From: Camelus ferus
Taxonomy: Eukaryota
Direction: 5' to 3'
Assembly: GCF_009834535.1 (NCBI RefSeq)
Contig: NC_045696.1
Coordinates: 67,334,001 to 67,398,000 of the forward strand
Length of the DNA: 64,000 nt
The position numbers were made by a program, and so were the translations under genes. The notes below the pieces were generated by a model. It was not told the DNA's origin. It did no database searches and was given only the letters and a program-made list of their open reading frames with translations. Positions 34,467 through 46,544 of the stretch are shown here, one piece after another (position 1 is the first letter of the stretch; each line of letters begins with the position of its first letter).

Positions 34467-37159
34467 CGCAGAAACTCCAATAATCATCTCATTCAATTCC
34501 CTCCTTTTATGATGGGGAAACTGTGACACTGACGATGAAATAAAGTCTCCCACATCTAGCAAATGCGATCCAAGAGTCAAACCCAGGTCCTATGATGTCT
34601 TTTCGTAAGTGAAGCACAAAGAATGTCAGGAGTATTCAGGTAAAAAAAAAAAAAAAAAAAAAAAGTGAAATGAGGAGAAACATCTCTGGTCTTTATCCCC
34701 TGACCCAGTTATCCAAAAATATCTTTTTTAAACTTGGAATCCAGCTTCCCAGTCATTTGTGAAGACCTATACTACTTTGCTGTTGTTCCTAAAATCATTA
34801 AGCCATTAATTAGGATCCCATAGGCCTGCTCCGGAAAAGCTTATTGAGTTACTTTTGTCTGCTCTACAATGACCGGCAGCACAAAGGCAGGGTGGCATTA
34901 ATTATGCTAAAACTCTATTCATCTCTGCTGATGTTAGCTCACGTGGGATGTTTTATAGCACCAACATTTTGTACTGCTTATTCTCTGCTCTTTGTATTAG
35001 AAGCAGCAGCAACATAAAACACTGTACCCCTAAGTGAACCACATTTCCACATGCCTGTTTTCAACTATAGAAGTCACATCTCACGCATAAATTGATTCTT
35101 TTTTCCTCCTTGAACACAGTTAAATGTCAATAAAAAAAGGTATTGTTTCCTCGGGCTCGCTTAGCATAGGATAGTGGACATTACAATATTAACAACTTCA
35201 GGGTAGGAAAAAAAAGTTCAATTTTCATTGAACCTCTTCCCAAACTGTTCAATTTACCTAAAATAAACTCTCACATCCAACCCACTAAATCACTTTGCTT
35301 TTTTCATTGAAAACGCTTATTCAATTCCATCTTCAATAAGAAGTAGACCATGACTGGGGACAGGGAGAAAGTTAAATTAGTCTCCCTTGCTCTTCTATTC
35401 TAGGACACTTGATGTTTTCACTGAAATGCTTGTCATAATCTCTCTGTAGACAAGTCATTTATGCCAGTGTCTGCCTTGTCTGCTGGAATGGGAGCTCCCT
35501 GAGGGCGGGCACTATGTTAAACCCTAACACATACAGTAATAAAAAATTATTACATTTGTTTAGCACCTCTCTGTTCACAGAAACGAATGATCAGGCTAAC
35601 AACCATTTATTGCACCTACCAGGCTTCAGGTAACATGCTTGGCATCTTATCCAAAGTACGTCACAATACTGAGTAGTAAGAAATATTGGTACACCTCACT
35701 TACAGGTTAAAAAGAAAACTGAGGTTTGAGGAGAGGGGTAATTAAAAACAACTAGAGAACGCTGGGGCAGAAATTTAAATCTAGATCCTTTGCTCCACAA
35801 GTTCTGTTCTCTTAATCATTAGTTATAATGGGTGAAGACCTCAGATGTGAGATCACGATCGTGATTCGTCTCCATCCTTCACTTAATGCCAAGGAGCGCG
35901 TGGGCAGAGCACGCTCTTCCAAGGGCAGCAGAGAGTGACCGCATACTCTGGAGAAGAGATCATTAAGAGACACCACTGGTCATCTTCCAACACTTGATCA
36001 CCTGGGCTTTCGCTGTTTTCCCCATCTTTTCACGGTGGCCAGTGTGAAGTATGCCCAAGAGTCTACCTCAAGGGTCAGCGTTATGTGGCAAGTAGGATAC
36101 TGGAATGGGGGTTGGGGAGCTGGAAGCCTGGTCCTGAGACGGTGATTTCCCAGAGTGTCTCCATCGGTAAAGGCAGGAGGTCAAAGTGCGGAATCTAAGT
36201 TTGCTTCTAGCTGTATCTTCCTATAATCCATGGGCATATGAGTTTCCTGAGAAACCCAGCACCTGGCACACACTATGTTCTCAATAATAAATACTTGGAT
36301 AAAATAATGAGCAAATGAATGGACAGTAAAAATATGGCTCTTACTTCAGTTCTCAGGCATGTAAATAAGATTTCCCTTCACTTCAAGGCATGAGGAGGAT
36401 CCGAGCTCACTGTTCGCAATGTTAGTGTTTTTAAGCCTTCCAACGCACTTCCATCTGGCCCTGGTTTTCCATTTTCCCAATTTGGAACAACTTTTCCCAT
36501 TCATTGGAATCACTTCCTTTCTTGTGTTTACAAAACAGATGATTTGGGGATTTTACATAATTCATCCTAAACATAGACTAACTCAAACTGAGTCCAAGTA
36601 CCATCCACCAGCAGCATGGAATCTTGCATTGGATATAAAACACATAAATCTCTGTGCCTCTGAAAACCTAGTGAAAACTGCAACCTGACCATATTTTAAA
36701 TCACGATAATGTTGCCTCTGTGAGCTTGTCCTGCAGACACCGTGCCTGTGTTTATATTCCTATGCAGGGTGTACCACGTTTTGGCTCATTACAGCCTGGT
36801 TATTCAAATGAATGAAGAAAAATGAGATTTTTAAGCATAGTTCTGACTTTCTATTTACATACCTCACTTAGTCCAGATGTAAACTTTTAGAACAGCTGCA
36901 TCCCTTAGATGCAAAGGATTTCTTGGTGGCTTACAAGCATTCTGAACCCTGGTGGGCTGTATTTGGGGTTTCTTTTGGCAGGGTCAGCAGAGGCAGAGCG
37001 GGGCAGGCTGAGTGGAAATCTGATTGTTTACAAAACAGGCCTGATACAAATGTTGCAGAAACCACAGAAGTCATTAAGTGAAAAACTTTCCTTTTAAGGT
37101 TGATCAAGGGAAAAAGAAAGTATTGATTTGAGATTTTTGTTCTGTGTTTTCCCACCTTC

Positions 37160-37400
37160 ATTTTATGAGCAAACAGTTAAATAGCTCTGCATTGCCACGT
37201 ACTTTTTCTGAGCACCTCACACAAACTGCCTCGTCTGAAACTCACACTGCTTTCATCAGCCCCACCTTTCTTACAAAGAAACAAATGCCCAGAGAAGTTA
37301 AGTTGTTTGCCTGAAGTTATTCAGTTATACAAGTACATAAATCAGGTTTAAAACCAGAGAGCCTGACTCTAGAGTTGATGCTGTTAACAACCGCACTGTA
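37160..37400 (-). mobile_element. MIR
   Basis: 'cccagagaagttaagttgtttgcctgaagttattcag...aaaccagagagcctgactctagagttgatgctgttaacaacc'. Confidence 0.7.
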
Positions 37401-37409
37401 CCGCACTGC

Positions 37410-37830
37410 CCCTGGACCATCCATCTCTGACTTCAGTGGCCTCCTAACTGGCCTCCTTACTGCCCATCTAACAGCCCCACCTTCCACCCATCCTTTACCA
37501 GTGTGATCTTCCTGCAGGGCGTCTTTGACCCATGTCATTCCCTAGCTCAAAACTCTTCAGTGGCTCTCAGCTATCTTCCCAGATCAAGTGATACATCCTC
37601 ACCCTGCTACCCCAAGGCTCTGAAATGTTCTCCCAGCTTCCCTTTTCAACCTACTTCCTGTATCACTCCTTCCACAACTTTTATGTTCCAGCTAAACTTA
37701 AACTTGCCCATTCCCAAAACATGGTTTTGATTTTCCTGAGTCCATGATCTGGTCCACAGGGCAAAAGAAACCCTCCCCAAGACCAAGGCTAATATAAACT
37801 TCACCTGCCCTCCAATGTGCAAAAACTGCA
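37410..37830 (+). mobile_element. L2 3' fragment
   Basis: 'cagtggcctcctaactggcctcc...catgtcattccctagctcaaaactcttcagtggctc'. Confidence 0.7.
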
Positions 37831-37837
37831 TGCTCTC

Positions 37838-38188
37838 TGTTACAGAATGAATTGCATCCCTCCAAATTCATATTCAATCCCTAACCACAAATGTGGCTAT
37901 ATTTGGAGATAGGGCCTTTAAGAAGATAATTAAGGTTAAATGAGGTCATAAGGGTGTGTCTAAATTCAATGTGTCTGGTGTCTATAAGAAAAGGAAGAGA
38001 CCCCAGGGATGCACACACTGAGGAAAGGTCAGGCGAGGACACAGCAAGGAGGCAGCCATTTGCGAGCCAGGAAGAGAAGCATCACCAGAACCCAACTGGC
38101 ACCTTGATCTTGGACTTCCAGCCTCCACTAGTATAAGAAAATAAATTTCAAGCCACCCAGTCTGTGACAGCCCAAGCAGACTAATGCC
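37838..38188 (+). mobile_element. MaLR solo LTR, MLT1A/A0-like
   Basis: Starts 'tgttacagaatgaattgcatccc'. Contains 'tatatttggagatagggcctttaagaagataattaaggttaaatgaggtcataagggtg' and 'ctggcaccttgatcttggacttccagcctcca'. Ends 'cagcccaagcagactaat'. Confidence 0.9.
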
Positions 38189-38881
38189 CTCTCCCTTCCT
38201 CTTAAGGTAGGGATTCTCAATGTTGTGTTCAATGATGGTTTTTGAGCCTTTAAATTTTGGTAATGCACTAACAGCAGACTAAAAATTTGAAGGGAAAAAC
38301 AAAACCTCAGAAAATCACTATTCAAGACAACGCAGTCACTTCTGAGGAAGAACAGTACCTTGCAGTATTTTAATATCACGTCTACTGTGTTTTTTCCTGG
38401 GTCATTATACAGCATTGTGTTGTTTTGGGTTTTTTTTTAACTGTAGTCATGTTGACTGGTCTGATAGTGCTTTCCAAAATATTTAAAAGACAACCTTCTT
38501 ACATATTCTAGAGAACATTCCAGAAGACAAGCACAGGCTAGATTACACCACGTCCCTTCCCTCTCTCTGTCAGCGAGCTGCTCCCTGCGCTTACCCTGAT
38601 TTCAGGTGAGACGTGGGTCATTGGAGTCCATGCAACCAGTCACGTCACACTTGAGCACACTGCTCCCGTTTCATCAGGACTCCTGAGAAGCACACCAGCA
38701 AACTGGCTAAGAGTTATTGCACTTGGGCCATGACCATCTGAGAGTCACAAGATAACATGATAGGTAAATATTAGAAACAAATATTCAATTTATTTCTGTT
38801 GGCAAAGGACTTTGCGTTAATAAAGGAATAGAAAGAAAGGACGAAAACGGGTTGATAGATAGGAGGAAAGATTACAGGGTG

Positions 38882-38928
38882 ATTTTATTTTATTTTATTT
38901 TATTTTTATTATTTTTTTTTTTTTTTTT
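38882..38928 (+). repeat. (TATTT)n grading into poly-T
   Basis: Read directly from the sequence. Confidence 0.85.
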
Positions 38929-40000
38929 AGTGTTTCCCTGCATTTCCAAATTTTCTCCGGTGATCAAGTATTAGTTTTGGACTCATGGGAGCCAAGGGAG
39001 GGGGGAGAAATTCTCACTGAACAGAATTCCTAGCTATCCAGTCTCCCAGGTCCCTCCTTATAGGGTCTCAATAGGTCTGCCTTCCCCAGTTAGCACCATT
39101 CTAGCCTTACTCCTTAGTCTAGCACCCACCCTTAGCATCATTTACATTCACTGGGCCAATGTCCTTTCTCTCAAGTCAGGCAAATAAACTGGCCATAGTT
39201 AGCAGGGTTAAGTACTCTACAACCTTAATTAATATATTTGAATTTTCATTCTGTCTTCAAAACACCCACAAAATTTGGACTTTCTAGCCCTGGAGCTAGC
39301 CAGTGGTCCATGAAAGTTGGGAGATGGGGGAGGCTAGACCAGCCTTCTAATCACTATTCAGTATCTGGTCACTTATTCAGTATCTCTTCTCTGTGTTGGT
39401 GTAAATAATTAGTCTCACGGTATCAGACAGACAGCTACAGCGCATACCAAACTGCAAAACCCTAGTTTATTCCCTTAACCTTCCTCATAACCACCTTTGC
39501 TGATCTGTTCACTCTCAATCTGGAAGAGTCAGAGGCCGTGGAGAGACAAAGTAGGCACTGAAATGCCTCCGCCTTACTCTGCTGGGAGACAATATAGCCT
39601 GGTGCTTAAGGACTCTACTCAAACAAACAGATTTTGTTTTGTTTTGTTTGACTTAGCACATCTTAAATTCCAAATGGACTTGCCCACGACTGTTCCCTTT
39701 TCCATACCCGTTTGATGCCTTCCAGAGTCCATAAAATCTGCAATCCCTTGTGCGTGGAACAAGAACAATCTCTGACAGCAAAGAGCAAACCCAGAATAAG
39801 AGTGTCATTACTTTAGCACCTCCCAGGCATCCTCCCAGCCTGAGGAAGTCAGTAAAAATTCTTGCTTTAGAAGGAAGAAGACATAGAATGCCAATTAATT
39901 TCTCCTGGAAATATTCTACTATTTAGTTAAAATAAAATAGTGCCAGAGCTTGGGTTAGTACTATATTTCAGAAACCCAGGCCAGGGTTATTTCCACTACA

Positions 40001-40175
40001 TTAATGATTCTCAACCTTGGCTGCACAGTGGAATCTACAAAGCTTTAATAATTACTGATGTCCAGTCATACCCCAAGAGATTCTGATTTAATTGGTGTGG
40101 ACTATGGCCTGCGTACCAAGAGCTTTAAAAGCTCCCCAGCTGATTCTAATATGCAACCAAGCCTGCAAACCACTG
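40001..40175. mobile_element. hAT-Charlie MITE, MER5A-like
   Basis: 'ttctcaaccttggctgcacagtggaatc...agagattctgatttaattggt...aaaagctccccagctgattctaatatgcaaccaag...aaccactg'. Confidence 0.85.
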
Positions 40176-40341
40176 ATCACAGTGTACTGCCTCTCCTAGT
40201 GATTAATGGTCGAGGAGGTAGGTCCCACGGACAGGGAACAAAGGAGTAGATGCTGCCCACATTGCTCACCCCAGCTTCCCCTCTCTGCCCCCTTCAACTC
40301 ACATACGTGATGGTACATGCTTAGCATGAGTTGCTTATTCA

Positions 40342-40556
40342 TTCGTTCATTCATTCATTCATTCATTTTTGTATATATATATTTTTATTGAAGCATAGTT
40401 AGTTTACAATGTTGTGTCAATTTCTGGTGTACAGCATAATGTTTGAGTCATACATGAACATACATATATTTGTTTTCATATTCTTTTTCACCATAAGTTA
40501 CTACAAGATATTGAATATAGTTCCCTGTGCTGTACAGTATAAAATTGTTGTTTATC
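40342..40556 (-). mobile_element. Very short young L1 3' terminus with (TCAT)n tail and TSD
   Basis: 'ttttattgaagcatagttagtttacaatgttgtgtcaatttctggtgtacagc...' is the same 3' UTR class as the element at 29730-30250. TSD gagttgcttattca (40328-40341) versus gagttgtttattta (40557-40570). Confidence 0.88.
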
Positions 40557-40594
40557 GAGTTGTTTATTTAGAATGACTGCTATCTCCATTGAGA

Positions 40595-40801
40595 GCAGGA
40601 TTCTTTAAAGATTTTCTTTAAAGAGCCAGACAGTAAATCTTTTAGACTTTGTAAGTCATACAGCCCCTGTAGCAGCTACTCAACTTGTGCTATTGCAACA
40701 AGAAAGAAAACATAGAAAATATGTAAGGAATGGGCATGGCTGTGTTCCAATAAAACTTTATTTATAAAAATAAGCACCCAGCCTATAGTTCACTGACCCC
40801 T
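40595..40801. mobile_element. hAT-Charlie MITE, MER58A-like
   Basis: 'taaagagccagacagtaaatcttttagactttg...gcagctactcaact...aatgggcatggctgtgttccaataaaactttatttataaaaa...tatagttcactgacccct'. Confidence 0.88.
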
Positions 40802-41481
40802 TATTTAGAGTCTCTAAGACATATAAAGCAATTAATATGTGTTTTTTTTTAAACTGGCGCTACAATGATTCTGACGCCAGTAATCTTCAGAATTCTGTTA
40901 CAGTTTTCAAGTGCCTTTGCTTGCTGCAGAGTACTTCTCCTCTGCTTACTCCTGCTGTTGAGTTGAGCCACTTTTCCAGGACAAAGGCCATGGCTGCTCC
41001 CCAGGAGCCCACATCCACCTCTCTGATTTTCCAGCAGGAAGGTCTCTCCGTCTGCAAGCCTTCAGCTCCTTCCCTGTACCTGTAACATCGCACGCCACTT
41101 TTCACACTATTATTTACCTGTTCTATCTCCCATTCCAGGTCATAAGCAATAGGAGGACAGTTGTGGTAACTAATATTACAACTACTTACTACATTATTGT
41201 TATTGTCATCATTTGCCATGTGCGTGGTGATTTACAGCTCACCTTCTCTTTCATATCCACTAGGCCCTTTGATTGGAACACCCCCTTGAGAGACGGGTAG
41301 AGCCATGATGATCACCACCTGAATGTTAAGATGAGAAAACTGAGACTCAACAAGATGACTGAACATTAAGAGGCAGAGTCTAAACTTGAATCCAGATCTT
41401 GTGATTGCAAGAAAGTGTGTTTGGGGAAATTGGGAAACTGCCCGCAGATTCAGGGAGAGCTGGATTCAAATTCGCTTGGTA

Positions 41482-41768
41482 GAGGGCAGGAAGAACCTAG
41501 AAGACCAGAGCACACTCACGTTCATCATGAGTGGCAAGGCCAAAGAGCACCAGGTCAAGCAGGCCGTGGAAAAGCTGCATGACGCTGATGCAGCCAAGGT
41601 CAACGCCCTTCCAGACCAGACCTGCTGGAGAGAAGAAGGCATGTGTTTGACTGGCTCCTGACTACGGTGTTTTGGGTGTTGCCCACAAAACTGGGATCAT
41701 CCAAACTGTATCCAGCTGGCTAATTCTAAATATAAATGTTTTTGGTGTTTAAAAAAAAAAAAGAAAAG
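41482..41768 (+). pseudogene. RPL23A: 5'-truncated processed pseudogene of 60S ribosomal protein L23a
   Basis: '[38 protein letters not shown]' aligns to RPL23A [38 protein letters not shown]. After a frameshift, '[26 protein letters not shown]' aligns to [27 protein letters not shown]. A 3' UTR-like 'tccagctggctaattct' and a poly-A follow. TSD aaattcgcttggta (41468-41481) versus aaattcaattggta (41769-41782). Confidence 0.93.
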
Positions 41769-41782
41769 AAATTCAATTGGTA

Positions 41783-41935
41783 ACTTGTAATCTTGAGCAC
41801 GTCATTCAACCACTCAGAATTTTTGTTTCTTTAACTCTAACAATGTGAATACCAGTAAACACACACCTTTCAGGATTATTTTGAGAATTCGAGGCAATCC
41901 GATGAATGCTCCTGAAATTAGTAAGTGCTCCAATG
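41783..41935 (+). mobile_element. MIR remnant split by the RPL23A retrocopy (5' piece at about 41445-41481)
   Basis: 'ctggattcaaattc' is continued after the insertion by 'taacttgtaatcttgagcacgtcattcaaccactcag...caggattattttgagaattc...tagtaagtgctccaat'. Confidence 0.6.
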
Positions 41936-42939
41936 GCAGCTGCTGTCACTACCACTGTGAACATTGCTGCTGCTGCTTATCCAGGGTTCTTCCCACTTTG
42001 CACATGCTTTCATTCACTGTTGTCTGCTTCATTGTATTTGGTACAGTGCCTTTAATTTAACAGGTGCTAAATTAAGGCTGAATGAATTTAATTAATTAGT
42101 TTACTAATGATTTGCTTATATAGGCCTAAATTTAAAGTTTCCTTCTACCATAAAGCTTTTAAAAGTAATGAAAATTTCCCCAAGGGTAGAGGAAAATTAG
42201 ATGACTTCTTTTTAAAAAAGACAATGCATAAAGGGAATTTCCTTCCCAACTCAAAGTGAATCTCCTTAGCCAAGTGTACATGCCCAAAACACGTGTGTTA
42301 ACTGCTTTAAATAAGGGAACAGAACTCCCAGCTGATTTTTTTTCCTTATAGAATCATTAATGCTTAAAAGTCAGCAGGATTTTCTGGATTAGTAGACACT
42401 CAACTTTGGCTGAATCATCAATTAAAATGATAATTTCATCTTGATTTAAAGTTTTTCTTGGAGCACACCTCAAAACACCCCTAGAGAGCTCTGGAGAGGG
42501 CAAAAAATTCAGCCTCAGAGCTTAGTTTGGAGGTACCTCATTCAAGCCCCCCAGTCACCTCTCACCTGCTCCACTGGGAAATCAGCAATTGATTAATTAA
42601 GACTATGAGTCCCCACAATGTATCAGACACTTTATTGGAGACTAAGGTGAGGAAAGAAGCAAAAAATTTGATCCATGAGCTCAAGCAGTTTATGATCTAA
42701 TGAGTAAGAACAGATGTACAATTCTGAAGCAGACTCTAAAGTATGCCGTGGGGCGTTGGCTTCAAATTCCAGAGAGAGAAAGAGGGAGAGCATGCAAGCG
42801 TGCACAGGGTGGACCAGGACAGGCAGAGAAAGCTTTTGAGGGCAAATTCCTAGCTCCAGACTTCTAGAGGTATGTGTATTTTTACTGAGTCCTGGCCTCT
42901 GGGCAGGCATTTGAGGAGATAAAGGCTAGATAAAGAGGA

Positions 42940-43290
42940 AGCTTCCCCAGCGGCCTCCAAAGGAAGTCTGAAAAGCAGGTTCCTGAAAGCTCTGCTCTAT
43001 ACAGTCACTGAGGGGTCCACGCTGTCCTGTGACTCTTCCCTCCTCTGCGTCCCTGGGGTCCTCACCGTTCAGCCAGGGGGTGAGTGCTAGGAGAGACAGA
43101 ATCAATGAGAAAGGTTTTACAGGGCCAAGCCTGGAAGTAGACAGGTTACTTCTGTTCTTACTCCATTGGTCGTAACTCATGTGGTCACCCTGAACCACAG
43201 GAAGGCAAGAAAAACGTATCCATGTGCTCAGGAAGAGGAGAGTGAATCAATACTAAAGCGCACTAGCAGCTTCCGCCACAGCGTGCTGTT
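42940..43290 (-). mobile_element. Old MaLR LTR (MLT1J/K-like)
   Basis: 'caagcctggaagtagacaggttacttctgttcttactccattggtcgtaactcatgtggtcaccctgaaccacaggaaggc'. Confidence 0.55.
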
Positions 43291-44789
43291 CTGGCCGTCA
43301 AACTTCCAGTTCATTCTTTTGTTCAACGTATTGAACATACATACATCCTCTCTGTCCAGTCTGGATCTATCTCTCCTTATGGTCCAGTGACCTATGGGCT
43401 ACATGGAATATATAATGGTAGAATATGGAAGGATTACCAAAATAGAAATACTCATTCAGAAAAAAAGAAAAATAAGAGACATGCAGAAACGATGGATTCT
43501 TATGAATTCCTACACCCCTCTAGGAAGTCTCTTTGAAGACCACCTACTACAGATGGCACCAGGCAGAAGTGTTGACTCGATGTCAGTGCTGCCTTGGAGA
43601 GCTTGCCCACCCATTTGTTTCTACGACTGTGGCTCCTTCTCTGGGAAGTTCTTCCTCGTGCCCTCTGGCCACGTCTGAAGTGAATGTCAGTGCTCTATTG
43701 GAGCAATCCAAATTTCACACCCAGTTTCCTACTGGTATATATAGGAGAACCTGAAGAAAATAAAACGGCATTTTTCAATCCTGGATCACATTAGTGACAT
43801 TACAATGCGCTAGGAAACTTGGTAAGTTTATTACTTGCTTCTTGTCAGTGTCTCATGCAAATACACACACTCAAAGTCTTTCCTAGATGGAGGAGAGCAT
43901 GAATGTTAGTAAGCATTACTGGTTTCTGCTGGAACTACTCAGTGTGCAAAACTAAAAAAAAAAAAAAAAAAAAAAAAAAAATAGGAGAAATAAGAATATG
44001 CACTTACATTTGCTTGTCATTTTAAAAGTAAGTGGTAGAATAAGTCCAAAAAAAAAAGTACAGTGAGGAAGGGAAAACAGAGTGAACAGACACAAGGTGG
44101 GAGCTAGACTTTCCGTTTATATCTGTTAACACTTTGGATTTTTGAAACACATTACTTTATTCTTACCATTATGCAAAACTATATTACTATTTCCCCAAAA
44201 TAGCAACTTTTAAAATGAACATACAGAAAATCTGTGCTCACATGCATCCCAGTAGCCTGTCTTCCATCAGTTCTTTTTGTAGGCTTTGCTGATAATGTTT
44301 ATTTTCACTCAATTGTGCTCAGACAAAAATGTGAGCAGATCAAATCTGGAGCAAGAACCACATGGTAAGATTTACTCCTAAATCCTTAGCCTACTGATGT
44401 AACGCCCTGCTCCTCAGAGGAGGCATGGCAAATGCTAGGCATGTAGCTATAGGTATCCCTAAAAAAATATTGTAGCAAGGACAACTCTGAGGAAGAAACA
44501 GATGTAAGTTTTGACCCATGGCCTTCTCTGGCATACATGAATGGTCTTTTTAAAAAGTCACATTGGGGTAAGCAGAGGGAATGAGAAAGGACTTCCCAGA
44601 CTAGCCTGTAAGAGAGAACTGTGAAACCAACCCATCCAAGGAGCGAACTAAACCTCCAGTTCATACACGGACACCAAAAATGAAACAGTTAACTAGGCAA
44701 CACCAATTTTCCTTTGAAGTCAGTCAATATACAAAGCGCAGCTCTACAGCTACCTTCTAAAGTGATTAACTGCAATAGGTCTCTATGAA

Positions 44790-45000
44790 TTCTGAAGGAT
44801 GATCTTAAAGAAGAGGGAAGAAACTTGGTCTATACGGTCCCAAAGAACAGAATTAGGAGGCTAGATGGAAGTTCCAAAGTAAAATTGTGTCCCCGTTAAG
44901 AAAGTTTGAAAACAGTAATCCAGAGGTGGAGTAGACTGCTTGGCCGCTTTGTGTTTATTTTGCCTTTAACACGTCTAAGGGGATAAGCTGTAGGGTGCAC
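44790..45000 (+). mobile_element. L3/CR1 3' fragment
   Basis: 'aacagaattaggaggctagatggaagtt...taagaaagtttgaaaacag...tccagaggtggagtagactgc' follows the L3 3' end. Confidence 0.5.
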
Positions 45001-45839
45001 ATTACAGAACTTATTTGGAAGATTCAAAAGTCATTAAAAAGATAATAATAGTAGGCAATATTGTTGAATTCTTACATATGTATGATAGGCGTGAAGTGTT
45101 TTTTATGTATTAAGTCATTTAATCCTCCTGGAGGAAGTAGCCTTTGAGCAAGTGCCTAGAAATAAAACAAGAAACTGACATGTCGATAGAGTGGGCAGGT
45201 AGGATATAATGACTGAATTTAGGTCTTGGGTGAAGTCTGTGTTGGTTCAGAGCAAGATCTCAAAATGTCCTCTAATCCTGTATGGTACTGGAGAATTCTG
45301 CTTCAATATTCATCAGATGAAGGATGATGTCTACAGACATAAAAGATGTAGATTCAAAAAACTCCTTAGGGTCATCATTCATCATCATTTATCAGCATGT
45401 AGCTACAGCGAGAATGGAGTAAGCAGAGTTTTGTTTTGCTTTGTTTTTTGGTTTGGTGTTTTTCAATTTTGGAGTTTGGAGAGACATTTGGAGAGCCTGG
45501 TATTAAGTGTTCTGTTCTATAGCTAGAGCTATTAAACCTTCAGGGATAGACTTAAATGTTTCTGTTGTGGTGGCTGAGTATGAAGATAAAAAGACTGAAT
45601 CAACCATATTGGCAAGACTCTCCACAGTTCAACAGTTCGTATCTAAGAATAACAAATAACTCCAAATCACAAACTCCTAAAAAAGAGTTTGTACTCTAAC
45701 AGCAAAGGACAGCGGTAAAGACAGGAACTAGAAACCAGAGAATCCTGATTTCAAATCCAAGTTTGCCAAGTATCGCTAACACTTGAACACAATTTCCAGT
45801 CCTCCCATTCCTTCAACTTGGGTCTTCTCATCCCAGTTG

Positions 45840-46221
45840 CTGAGATTGCTGCCACAGACTGCCTTTACTGTCAGTCCTCCCAGGACTGCCTCCCATGCAG
45901 AGCTGCCTTGCCCAAAATGACTCCCTTCCTATTGTGGCAAATATCCAAGAATTGATGGAAGCTGGGCTGTAAAGGCCTCACCATTGCAATTAAAGTGAAA
46001 CAACTCTGATGGCCCATTTTATCTCCAGAGCTCCTTGTGGTGTTAGTTGAAACTATCAGTCAACTGAGTTCCCCCATGGAAGCTCCACTTCTCCCTCTGC
46101 CCACTCCTGCTTTGCCCCTCTCCCTCCCATAGGCACTGATCCCAAAGATGCTCCCTAGTAAATATCCTGATAACTAATCTCTGTATCAGAATGTGCTTCT
46201 CAGTGAACTCAATCTTCCACA
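45840..46221 (+). mobile_element. ERVL solo LTR, LTR16-like
   Basis: 'caactctgatggcccattttatctccagagctcc...acttctccctctgcccactcctgcttt...gatcccaaagatgctccctagtaaatatcctg...aatctctgtatcagaatgtgcttc'. Confidence 0.8.
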
Positions 46222-46544
46222 GGTCACCAGTCATTGAACTAGGGTTTGCCTGCATCATCCTTCAATAAAGCATGGAGTGACCTTGAAAAATTAGTTTACC
46301 TCTTTGGTCCTCTGTTTCCATCTATAAAATGGGGGCACTTCTATATGTATAAGCCCATATATTATGTGGAATTTGCCCAGTAGCCCTACCTATATACTGT
46401 GAATCCAGAAACTGAAAAATTCACCTTGATTTAAAGTATTACATTTTCAACCCAGATCTCTGGTGCCTATAGTGTCACATTTCTGCTCCATGTTTTAAAC
46501 TGTACATCTATCAATAGCTGAAATTCATTAAACTGGTATACATT

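Noticed and set aside
41386..41661. 91-aa ORF as a functional RPL23A-like gene
   Set aside because: The start lies in unrelated flank with a non-ATG codon, and the RPL23A part is truncated, frameshifted and contains a stop.
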